A stretch of 60,747 nt of DNA. Source: Enterobacteria phage JenK1. This document shows positions 39,040-47,064 of the stretch, piece by piece; the first letter of the stretch is position 1; each line of letters starts with the position of its first letter. Below the pieces are notes generated by a model. The model was not told the DNA's origin. It did no database searches and saw nothing but the letters and a program-made list of their open reading frames with translations. The stretch is from sequence record NC_029021.1, one strand, 5' to 3'. The position numbers and the translations under genes were made by a program.

Positions 39040-39963
39040 TTACTGTGCAGCGTCATCGCCTTCAGTGGAACGTTTCCACGGTGGAGTCTTGGTCTGAGCT
39101 GCTTTAGCGATATCGTCCTGGACTTCAGGTTCTGCATGGTTAGCAGTACCAGTGTTCTGAGCCTGAGTTTGCGGTTGCTCTGCTCCAGGTTGTACCTGCT
39201 GAGTTGCCCAGTTAGGTTGCTGTGTGGTTTGTTGCTGCGGCTGCTGCGCACCAGTAGCCCACGGTTGAGATTGCGCCGCACTGTTAAAATCAACTGTTCC
39301 AGACTGCTGCTGTTGCTGTACCGGCTGCTGCGGCTGTTGTTGCTGCTGCGGTTGCTGGAACCCCTGAGTCTGAGGTTGTTGCTGCTGTTGCTGCGGCTGC
39401 TGCCCAAATGCGCCCGGGAAACCCTGCTGCTGCGGTTGCTGCTGTTGTTGCTGAGCACCACCGAACGCACCGCCACCAAATGCTGGAGATTGTGCTGCCG
39501 CTGCCGGAGTTGATTTAGGCAGGTTAGCCATATCCGCCTTAGTTGCGTATACAACACCTTCCATGTTATCAATTGCTTGATAAATCTGAGGTTCGTTGTT
39601 TGGCTCATAGCCAGGTTGTTGACGAACTTTCACTTTCAGGTTAAACGGAATACCGTGCAGTTGTTCAGTATCGTTCCAAACTGGAACTTTAACAGCACGG
39701 GACAGCTCTGCCAGTTCTTCCATTGCAATCTGTACAGCGACAGGGTTCGCGTTCTTGACGTTGTAACCGCCAAACATCACACGACCAGCAAAATCACCCT
39801 GCATAATCTTAAACTGAAGATTCAGACGCGCACCGCCTGGAGTTTTAGTCGGTTTGATTTCAGAGTTTACAATCTGAACAACATACCAACCAGCGGGCAT
39901 CAAGCTGTTGTGTTGACGCTCTGCGTGCTGTCCAGCGTTAAATTGCATTCCTAAACCGGCCAT
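39040..39963 (-). CDS. putative ssDNA-binding / annealing protein with Gln-rich linker
   Basis: Folded N-terminal 150 aa, then roughly 100 aa of poly-Q/P low complexity and acidic C-terminus; adjacent to Sak4-like ATPase. Confidence 0.45.
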   Translation of the reverse strand: MAGLGMQFNAGQHAERQHNSLMPAGWYVVQIVNSEIKPTKTPGGARLNLQFKIMQGDFAGRVMFGGYNVKNANPVAVQIAMEELAELSRAVKVPVWNDTEQLHGIPFNLKVKVRQQPGYEPNNEPQIYQAIDNMEGVVYATKADMANLPKSTPAAAAQSPAFGGGAFGGAQQQQQQPQQQGFPGAFGQQPQQQQQQPQTQGFQQPQQQQQPQQPVQQQQQSGTVDFNSAAQSQPWATGAQQPQQQTTQQPNWATQQVQPGAEQPQTQAQNTGTANHAEPEVQDDIAKAAQTKTPPWKRSTEGDDAAQ

Positions 39964-40709
39964 TATTGTACCCCTTTGATTTTGTTAATGATTGCACCGA
40001 GATGTGGATATTCCATCTGTTCTAACGAACCAGAACGATCTTTACATACATTTGACAGATCTGGTCTGGTCAGCAGATAACGAAAATCTGCTTGAGTATT
40101 TTGGTCTTTACCAACACTAATTTTGAAAACTTCATCAAAAAAGTATGGTAATTCTGGACCTAATTTTGCACCAGGCATAGAAGGACCATAAGACGTAATA
40201 CCTGTTAACTCGTCCTTATTACGGGACATTTTAGCTGCCATGTATACGTTAAGTCCAGGGATATCTCGAAAAGCACGAACTAACGTTTGCATCTTCTCAA
40301 TGAGATCCCCATAAGCCTGACGCGGATCCTTCACAGTGCGCTTCGCATTGTTAAGGCACTTTTCAGCAATCTCAGTAAGTGAATCCAGCGCAAGAGACTG
40401 AAAGCGCGGTAAACCATCTTCACCTACAGGATTGTTTGCAGGGTTAGTCGCCCAAACATAAGCCTGCTCCACATCCTGGATATTTTCAACCGTGATGGTT
40501 GGAATATCGTAACAGATATCTGGTCTGTTTTCACCAAACACACGAGCAATGTTATTCGGTGTTAAAGACAGAAGCCCAGACTCTGCAGAAATCAGCAACG
40601 GTCTTGGAAGGGTTGCTGTAAGCATGGTCTTACCCATACCGGATTCACCATACACAAGCATCTTGACACCAGTGTCCAAAACTGCCTGCGCGGTAGTTGT
40701 AAATTGCAT
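39963..40709 (-). CDS. RecA-like recombination ATPase (Sak4-like)
   Basis: Walker A GESGMGKT, Walker B-like LALDSL; roughly 250 aa; ATGA coupling with neighbour. Confidence 0.5.
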   Translation of the reverse strand: MQFTTTAQAVLDTGVKMLVYGESGMGKTMLTATLPRPLLISAESGLLSLTPNNIARVFGENRPDICYDIPTITVENIQDVEQAYVWATNPANNPVGEDGLPRFQSLALDSLTEIAEKCLNNAKRTVKDPRQAYGDLIEKMQTLVRAFRDIPGLNVYMAAKMSRNKDELTGITSYGPSMPGAKLGPELPYFFDEVFKISVGKDQNTQADFRYLLTRPDLSNVCKDRSGSLEQMEYPHLGAIINKIKGVQ

Positions 40710-40773
40710 ATGTTGTTCCTTGTGTGGTTACGGTTGCAATACTAGGACCTAATTAACCTGAATGCAAACGTGA

Positions 40774-41721
40774 TTATTCACTAATATCTGTTGGATCACG
40801 GAAACTTTGATGCGTAGGAATACGCAATTTGTCCTTCATACCATGAGCAAAGAATTTCCATTTAGAAATCTTCCCAATGAATTCATCAGGATGTTCAAAA
40901 TAATATTTACGTTCTTCGTGCGTAAGACGACCAGCACCTACACGCATCTCTTGTCCGACTTCAATAAGACCTTCGAGGCCTTCTGGTACTGTAAGCACAC
41001 GTACATCAAATGAGCCAACCATACCATTTGGAACCATATTAGCTTGATGGCTTGAACGATAAGTCTGCCCTAATTCATTAATCTGGGCTTCATTCTCATT
41101 GGTGCAACCTTCGATGATACGAATGATCTCACCTTCACCATCAGTGAAACGTTTAATGCGGAGATAACCGCCTTCACGCTGCGTACTGCGACCCCATTTA
41201 TATTTCGCTTCAAGGTCACGAATGATCACACCTTCGTATCCCATATCAAGCCAAATATTTTCCCACTCCAAGAGTTCTTGTTCGTTGTTGACCACATACA
41301 GTGGCACAAGTTTCACGTCCATCAACTCGCCGTTAGCGTGACATTCGTCCACGTACTTCTTGAGCATATCATAACGCTCTTTGTACGGTAGATGTGCAAC
41401 GTTTGGTTCGCACAAATCGAATACATGCCACGTCCAAACGTATTCACCTTCAATTTTAGATGTTGCACTACTTGTTTTGCGACATAAGTCAAAGTCTGTT
41501 TCGTTCCCAACGGCAAGCTCACCGTCCATACCATCATAAATGGGAGATCCAAACACCTTTGCGACCTGCTTATTTGCAAAAGATTTAAGACTTCGTCCAA
41601 CAAGCTCCCCAAACGGTTTCATTCCACGAACGCCGTCAATTTTAGGCATAATACCTACAGGATATTTCTGTTTAGCTGAATCCCAATCTGTTGCAAGAAA
41701 AGGACGAAATTTTTTAGTCAT
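40774..41721 (-). CDS. ATP-dependent DNA ligase
   Basis: Motif I KIDGVRG (KxDGxR); start at MTKKF (track start 41736 is 5 codons upstream). Confidence 0.75.
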   Translation of the reverse strand: MTKKFRPFLATDWDSAKQKYPVGIMPKIDGVRGMKPFGELVGRSLKSFANKQVAKVFGSPIYDGMDGELAVGNETDFDLCRKTSSATSKIEGEYVWTWHVFDLCEPNVAHLPYKERYDMLKKYVDECHANGELMDVKLVPLYVVNNEQELLEWENIWLDMGYEGVIIRDLEAKYKWGRSTQREGGYLRIKRFTDGEGEIIRIIEGCTNENEAQINELGQTYRSSHQANMVPNGMVGSFDVRVLTVPEGLEGLIEVGQEMRVGAGRLTHEERKYYFEHPDEFIGKISKWKFFAHGMKDKLRIPTHQSFRDPTDISE

Positions 41722-42248
41722 CTGAACCCTCCACATGCAAATTCGTCATGTATAGATTTTCTCATATCATCTAACCATTCTGAAGCAAGAGCTAAACCTT
41801 CATCCGTAAATGGAAACACCTTCTGTTTACGTTTACCATTAACTTGAATTGCGGCGCACCAACGCTCATAACCATTATTGTTTACAAACCGAGATACACC
41901 TTTTACACCGGAAGTGTTGTTAGCCTGAATAATTTTATTACAGTTATTTTGGCTTGATGTGGCTTTTCTAATATTACACCATCTGTTATCAAAACCTTTC
42001 CCGTTTTTATGGTCTATTTCGGCTTGAGGATCTTCCCCTGTCATCCATTTCCAAATGACCCTGTGAACAAAGTAATCGCGTCCTTTAAGACCTACATACT
42101 TATAATTTAGACCATAATACCCAGCTTCCGCTCCAGCAACTCTTCTCCGCCAACTTTTACGCCAACTAAGAATGCCAGTTTCCGCGTTATAATCCAATAA
42201 CTCTTTTAATTCCTGTTGACTATAAGGAATAGGTTTAAATCGAGCCAT
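41718..42248 (-). CDS. HNH homing endonuclease with AP2-like DNA-binding domain
   Basis: HRVIW...IDHKNG...N...NLR HNH motif and GVKGVS...W.A AP2-like segment; free-standing between ligase and RNase H. Confidence 0.65.
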   Translation of the reverse strand: MARFKPIPYSQQELKELLDYNAETGILSWRKSWRRRVAGAEAGYYGLNYKYVGLKGRDYFVHRVIWKWMTGEDPQAEIDHKNGKGFDNRWCNIRKATSSQNNCNKIIQANNTSGVKGVSRFVNNNGYERWCAAIQVNGKRKQKVFPFTDEGLALASEWLDDMRKSIHDEFACGGFR

Positions 42249-42825
42249 TGAAATTTACCTTTGTGTGTTCCCGAACAAGAAGTTTTAACTTCCTAACCCA
42301 AGATTGCTGTTTCTCAATGTTAACTTTCTTCAGTTTAGGAATAACGGATTTTGCTGTATCTACTTTTAATTTATCGTAGTCCATGCGTCGTCTACCTGTT
42401 CGCATGTGCATACCCGCAATTTCATCGCACTTGTCTTGTGCAAGGCTACGGGAATCCATCCTACCTGAATGACCTTTAACATGACGAAATTGGAAACTAA
42501 GCCTATTCTCGACAATAGTATCCATGAACCATTTATATACTTGCTGCTCTTCTCCTCTCGGTGGACGTTTACCTTCGAACATATGGATAGCTGCTTTGCA
42601 ATCCGTCTGGAACAATATAACGTCGTTTGTGTAGATAAGTCCAGCCTCTATACCGTGATATAAACCGTTAGCTACTGCAATACATTCAACTACGGTATTA
42701 TCTGTGTGACCATGTGCAGGGCCACCAAAAGCCTTCTTACCCCGTTTGGAGGCTACCCAAATCCCATAGCCTCCACATTTAGTACGGTGACAAAACGACG
42801 CATCCGATATTATCGTGATGAGCAT
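42235..42825 (-). CDS. rnhA: ribonuclease H
   Basis: DASF...E...D...HVKGHSG...CDE catalytic pattern of RNase HI. Confidence 0.75.
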   Translation of the reverse strand: MLITIISDASFCHRTKCGGYGIWVASKRGKKAFGGPAHGHTDNTVVECIAVANGLYHGIEAGLIYTNDVILFQTDCKAAIHMFEGKRPPRGEEQQVYKWFMDTIVENRLSFQFRHVKGHSGRMDSRSLAQDKCDEIAGMHMRTGRRRMDYDKLKVDTAKSVIPKLKKVNIEKQQSWVRKLKLLVREHTKVNFNGSI

Positions 42826-43251
42826 TTAACCCTTCTTAACAGCGATCTTAACCTGTGGAGAACCTGGAGTTGTGGTCACACATTCGTCAAAGATCGCCAA
42901 CTGTTCAGCTGTGAGCTTACGATATGCAGCCACACGGAGTTCTACTTTAGTTTCAGTAACTTCGTTAACATCCACACCAGCTTCAATAAGGTCTGGCAGG
43001 ATCTGACTAAAGATCGCCTTATCAACTTTACGCGTATAAGGTTGAGTAACAACAAGATCATCACCTGTATCAAGTTTAATCTTGTTAGTATTCTCGTTAA
43101 GACCATCTGGAAAGAAGACGCTAACCACACTTTGGCGCAGTGCGCGTTCTTGCGCTTGTACTTTGGCCAATTCTTCTTTCTTAGAATACCAGTTGTAAAG
43201 GAGTTCGTACTTCTGCTCTTCAGTTAAGTTCATTTCTGGTAGCTGGACCAT
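42826..43251 (-). CDS. hypothetical protein
   Basis: 141-aa ORF; no motif. Confidence 0.5.
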   Translation of the reverse strand: MVQLPEMNLTEEQKYELLYNWYSKKEELAKVQAQERALRQSVVSVFFPDGLNENTNKIKLDTGDDLVVTQPYTRKVDKAIFSQILPDLIEAGVDVNEVTETKVELRVAAYRKLTAEQLAIFDECVTTTPGSPQVKIAVKKG

Positions 43252-43260
43252 GTTATCACC

Positions 43261-43578
43261 TTATTGCAAAGATAAAGATACAGTAATAAAGTTTCTTGCC
43301 TGAATATCACTACTTACATTTTTGTCATTCATTGTGGATTCTACGAACTGCATTACTTCCTTCGTAGACATACCCGATTCTGAAGCTGTTCTTGCAGCTT
43401 TACACAGACCGATGCTAGTCTTAATGACGTTATCAGCGTACTTCTTATCAATATTGTAACGCTCATTCTTAATAAGAATGTCTTTATTTACAATGTCTGA
43501 GACAGTTTCACAATTGAACGTATATGCGTTCGCGTTGACAGATACAACTAATCCTAACAAAACAAGTAGCTTTTTCAT
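43261..43578 (-). CDS. secreted small protein
   Basis: Signal peptide MKKLLVLLGLVVSVNANA; AAGGAG RBS; own promoter upstream. Confidence 0.6.
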   Translation of the reverse strand: MKKLLVLLGLVVSVNANAYTFNCETVSDIVNKDILIKNERYNIDKKYADNVIKTSIGLCKAARTASESGMSTKEVMQFVESTMNDKNVSSDIQARNFITVSLSLQ

Positions 43579-43605
43579 TTCTAGCTCCTTTTTCTTAATG
43601 AGGGT

Positions 43606-43634
43606 ATATTACCCAACTAAAACGTTGATGTAAA
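43606..43634 (-). promoter_or_regulatory. candidate sigma70 promoter enclosed by inverted repeat
   Basis: Minus strand TTTACA - 17 bp - TAATAT, flanked by 8-bp inverted repeat GAGGGTAT / ATACCCTC. Confidence 0.4.
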
Positions 43635-43649
43635 TACCCTCGGAGCTTA

Positions 43650-44168
43650 TTACAGCTTACCAGTAGAACCAAAACCTCCGCGGCCTGTTTCTTCTACAAT
43701 ACCAGAAACAATGCGCGTACGAACCAACTCCACAAGACGTGCCTGTGCAATACGTTCGCCAACCTGGACTGTATAAGGTTCACAAGAGTCGTTATGCAGA
43801 CGTATCTTCAACTCATCACGGTAATCATGATCAATGATACCAGTACAGTTACCTAAACGAATTCCGTGTTTAAACCCGTGACCGCTACGTGAATAAACTT
43901 CCAGGCCGTAACCATGAGGGATCTGTAGCTTAATACCCGTGCTGAACGTATACGCACGACCTCCATAGATAGTTACGGGCTCTGGTTCATCCGCATAGAT
44001 ATCAAAGCACATAGAACCTGGAGTGGCAAATCGCGGCATTTGAGCAGTGTCCGTAAGGAGCTCCACGATTAGCTGTTGCACAGCGCCATCTTGAACCGCA
44101 ATAGTACCTTTGACAGTTACATCTTTGATAATATTAGACATATCGTCTTTGTTAGTCATGTTTTTCAC
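43650..44168 (-). CDS. dut: dUTP diphosphatase
   Basis: Motifs RSG, GIIDHDYRDEL, RGGFGSTG. Confidence 0.8.
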   Translation of the reverse strand: MKNMTNKDDMSNIIKDVTVKGTIAVQDGAVQQLIVELLTDTAQMPRFATPGSMCFDIYADEPEPVTIYGGRAYTFSTGIKLQIPHGYGLEVYSRSGHGFKHGIRLGNCTGIIDHDYRDELKIRLHNDSCEPYTVQVGERIAQARLVELVRTRIVSGIVEETGRGGFGSTGKL

Positions 44169-44307
44169 TCTCTTTATCAGACAGACGTTATTCCCACTGT
44201 TGCTTTAACTGATAATAACGATAAGCGTCCTCACCAGTTTCAGCTTCCCGTTGCATACGTTCACACCATTGAACGGGACTTTCCTCACTACTCACTTCTT
44301 ACACCTC

Positions 44308-44769
44308 CTAAGCGTGGCCGTTTCTCTTAATGTATTCGTAAGCATGTGATTTAAAGATCATTCGAAAATCTTCCAGGGATATTTCACATCTTGGGGGATC
44401 TTCTTTGTGATGTTTCGCTTCATCAGCGAAAAGCATGATAGGGTTCATATACAGGACTACGCGCCAGGACTTTTTATTCTGACGGTACATAAGAACTGGA
44501 AACTTGTCTGCTTCCAATGCGCTCTTAACACACTGCGCCCACCATGTGTTAATTGATAACTGCTCCTGTCGTTTAACTTCTACCGCATAGAAACAGGTAT
44601 TTGTGATATCACAACCACCTACAGCACTCTGATTTTGGTTACGTTGTGCTATGGGCTTTTCTGGATAAGTCATTCCAAGAGCGGCGTAAACTTCTTCGTA
44701 GATATCATTAAAGAATTTACAAATTTCACGCTCACCTGTTTGACCTTTGGTACGAGGATTAGCTCCCAT
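44308..44769 (-). CDS. putative nuclease (PD-(D/E)XK-like)
   Basis: GQTGERE and D-x-EVK pattern; start at second ATG (44769), which has a GGAG RBS. Confidence 0.4.
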   Translation of the reverse strand: MGANPRTKGQTGEREICKFFNDIYEEVYAALGMTYPEKPIAQRNQNQSAVGGCDITNTCFYAVEVKRQEQLSINTWWAQCVKSALEADKFPVLMYRQNKKSWRVVLYMNPIMLFADEAKHHKEDPPRCEISLEDFRMIFKSHAYEYIKRNGHA

Positions 44770-44784
44770 GTTATAAATCTCCAT

Positions 44785-44814
44785 CCAAAAAATAGGGGGT
44801 ACACAAGTACCCCC
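44785..44814 (-). terminator. hairpin with U-run (terminator or attenuator) on minus strand
   Basis: Perfect 8-bp stem GGGGGTAC / GTACCCCC, 4-nt loop, then TATTTTTTGG on the minus strand immediately before the nuclease gene start. Confidence 0.4.
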
Positions 44815-44955
44815 GAAAGCGAAGCATATAATAGATAATAACATGTCAGCGAGAGGCAGCCTTCGAAAAGGGGTAATCTACCAACCACTCTCGCAAATAA
44901 TGTTAACCCGTTTACGTGTTTGATTACAATACACGAATTCGTCAGAATTCACAGG

Positions 44956-45231
44956 TCATACCGTACATTTTTGCCAATGGCCCATAGAAAATGACAGCGA
45001 AGTACAGACAACTTCCAGCCCGTCATCATCACGCACCACGGGCAAAGCTAGGCCGCTGCGGACGTTATGTACAGTGCGGTGTACTCTATACACAGAGTTA
45101 TGCGTAAAGCGCCGCGTGTTCGCGTTTGTGCAGCGTAATAACGCTCCGATATGTACAAGTGGAGCAGGCATAGTAAAACCAATCATTAGATCCTTCTCTT
45201 TCTTATTAGGCTGGCGTACAGTTACATTCAT
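44956..45231 (-). CDS. hypothetical protein
   Basis: 91-aa ORF; ATGA overlap with upstream small ORF. Confidence 0.4.
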   Translation of the reverse strand: MNVTVRQPNKKEKDLMIGFTMPAPLVHIGALLRCTNANTRRFTHNSVYRVHRTVHNVRSGLALPVVRDDDGLEVVCTSLSFSMGHWQKCTV

Positions 45232-45407
45232 TGTGTCGTCCCCTCATTTAAAGATTCCAGGCGCTCACCTAACAAAATGAGCGATTTAATTTGATGCGGT
45301 TTCTTACCAAGATGTTCAGCAATGTGGTTATAAGTAAAACCTTTCTCCCGCATACGATAAGCAGTAATGGCGGCATTGCGATTGCGGATATCGGTTTTCT
45401 TACTCAT
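45228..45407 (-). CDS. small helix-turn-helix protein (59 aa, below ORF-track cutoff)
   Basis: Translation MSKKTDIRNRNAAITAYRMREKGFTYNHIAEHLGKKPHQIKSLILLGERLESLNEGTTQ; start overlaps upstream stop. Confidence 0.35.
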   Translation of the reverse strand: MSKKTDIRNRNAAITAYRMREKGFTYNHIAEHLGKKPHQIKSLILLGERLESLNEGTTQ

Positions 45408-45712
45408 GGTAAACTAGCTCTCCTTAATTTAGCTTCAATACGATTAATTAGCATCGACATACTACGATCTGCAACCATATGATGCGGTTCGTAGTAACCA
45501 TATGCCCAATAGTTTACCTCTTGCCCACAATGATTACAATTAATCTTTGACTCGCATACAGGCGAATAGTAGCCATCAACTTGATCTACGACAGTCTCTG
45601 TAAACTCAGTGTGACCACACTTTGGGCATCGTATGCACTTCATTTGCTTGTCGTAGTTTGAGCGAAAAGTATAAGGCTTCCACCCTAACACCTTGTATAT
45701 TTTGCTGGGCAT
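45404..45712 (-). CDS. zinc-ribbon protein
   Basis: Two CxxC pairs (CIRCPKCGH ... CNHCGQ). Confidence 0.5.
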   Translation of the reverse strand: MPSKIYKVLGWKPYTFRSNYDKQMKCIRCPKCGHTEFTETVVDQVDGYYSPVCESKINCNHCGQEVNYWAYGYYEPHHMVADRSMSMLINRIEAKLRRASLP

Positions 45713-45936
45713 TAGTGTAGATTCTCTTTAGGTTGTTCTTCGCTCGTCATAAGATGAGCTAATACGCTACATGTGTTTGATTTCTGCCAGGCTTTCTCAA
45801 TTTCATCTAATGAGGATTCTGGTTTACATAAGCGATAGGCTTCCATGAAGGAATTCTGGGCTGCTTCAATGATTGCCAGAGACACTAATACTCTTTCGTC
45901 TATCATTGTCATCATTTCTTCACATTTATTACACAT
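45712..45936 (-). CDS. hypothetical protein
   Basis: 74-aa ORF in coupled series. Confidence 0.45.
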   Translation of the reverse strand: MCNKCEEMMTMIDERVLVSLAIIEAAQNSFMEAYRLCKPESSLDEIEKAWQKSNTCSVLAHLMTSEEQPKENLH

Positions 45937-45953
45937 ATTATTTCTCCTGTGTC

Positions 45954-46175
45954 CTAATCATTAATTAATGTGATATCATCTACAAAAAATAAGCTATCGT
46001 TCTGGATACATTTACGTCGATTGATAATATCGTCGACATTGTAGTCCATCAAGGAAGGGTACTCGACCTCATCCTTCATACAAGGCCCATACACACTCAG
46101 ACCCAACTCAGCCAAATGTTGCATGAATCCTTCAAGAGATTTTTTAGTATAAATTGTCGTTTTTAATTTACCCAT
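45954..46175 (-). CDS. hypothetical protein
   Basis: Internal Met start chosen to avoid overlap with 46211-46408 ORF. Confidence 0.35.
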   Translation of the reverse strand: MGKLKTTIYTKKSLEGFMQHLAELGLSVYGPCMKDEVEYPSLMDYNVDDIINRRKCIQNDSLFFVDDITLIND

Positions 46176-46210
46176 CGCCCACTCCTTAAATCTTAATGGT
46201 AAACTGGAAG

Positions 46211-46408
46211 TTAAAAGAACGTACCAGTTAGCACATACAGCACAGCGTCGCGCAGTGTTGGCAACAAAGGTGAACAATTAGGAACGCTGTAGAATTTACG
46301 TGATCCCACTTTAACACTTACTATTGTAATAGAACGTTTATTGCGCTCTACTGCGTAGAGACCACCACCAAGACGACGGACTTTATATAGAGGTTGATGC
46401 TTTTGCAT
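46211..46408 (-). CDS. hypothetical protein
   Basis: 65-aa ORF. Confidence 0.35.
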   Translation of the reverse strand: MQKHQPLYKVRRLGGGLYAVERNKRSITIVSVKVGSRKFYSVPNCSPLLPTLRDAVLYVLTGTFF

Positions 46409-46425
46409 GTTTTAACTCCTTTCAT

Positions 46426-46704
46426 TTATTTGCTGACACGCATGGCTCTACCTGTTAAGAAGGTGTATCCACAGTGCCGCATTAAGTCACGTTCTTCTAT
46501 TACACTTCGTAACTGGCGTGACAGCGTTTCATAGTAAGGACGGACTTCGTTCTTACTGATAGCTAAAGCATAGGCGAACAGTTGTTCCGAGTCAATACGA
46601 TTAGACTTGATTCTTTTGATCGCCTGCTCAATTCCTGGGAACTCCTCATCCTGGTATAGAGCACCGTACACAATTTTAATAGCTGCTAGATTGTAACTGG
46701 ACAT
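46426..46704 (-). CDS. hypothetical protein
   Basis: 92-aa ORF with GAGGG RBS. Confidence 0.5.
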   Translation of the reverse strand: MSSYNLAAIKIVYGALYQDEEFPGIEQAIKRIKSNRIDSEQLFAYALAISKNEVRPYYETLSRQLRSVIEERDLMRHCGYTFLTGRAMRVSK

Positions 46705-46739
46705 TTGACCCTCGGACGTAAAATAATTCTTGATACCTA

Positions 46740-46767
46740 TTGCATTCCTAAGGAAATGCTCTATAGT
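46740..46767 (+). promoter_or_regulatory. candidate sigma70 promoter for plus-strand small gene
   Basis: TTGCAT (46740-46745) - 16 bp - TATAGT (46762-46767), then GGAGG RBS. Confidence 0.45.
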
Positions 46768-46802
46768 ATGTATTATACAGTTTGTAAGCGGAGGAACACA
46801 AA

Positions 46803-47033
46803 ATGACTCACCAAGATCTTATAAAAAGAAACATCAGAACTGCAATGAACAAGTCAGAGGAATTCTCACATAACTGTACTGATGGTACTCATAAAATTAG
46901 ATACGAATATATGGGATCCTCAACTGTGGTTAAGTTTGAGAAAGATGAGTATCACGTTGGAGATTTTTCAACACCAGATTACGACGAGATGTTTGAATAC
47001 GTTGTATGTGGGTTCTTAAAATTGCACGAATAA
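46803..47033 (+). CDS. small Cys/His-containing protein on opposite strand to surrounding operon
   Basis: 76-aa ORF with its own promoter, RBS and terminator. Confidence 0.55.
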   Translation: MTHQDLIKRNIRTAMNKSEEFSHNCTDGTHKIRYEYMGSSTVVKFEKDEYHVGDFSTPDYDEMFEYVVCGFLKLHE

Positions 47034-47036
47034 TAT

Positions 47037-47064
47037 AATGGGCGCATATAGCGCCCATTTTTTA
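47037..47064. terminator. intrinsic terminator
   Basis: Perfect 9-bp stem aatgggcgc / gcgcccatt, atata loop, TTTTTT on plus strand. Confidence 0.7.

Noticed and set aside
39036-39608. ORFs 39036-39608 (-) and 39136-39513 (+) with Arg/Leu/Ser-rich translations
   Set aside because: Alternative frames through the CAG/CAA-type repeat of the Gln-rich gene; the 39040-39963 frame gives the coherent protein.
44076-44330. 84-aa plus-strand ORF between dUTPase and nuclease genes
   Set aside because: Opposite strand to the operon with no RBS. A 36-aa minus-strand ORF with AGGAGG RBS (44185-44295) is possible but too short to support.
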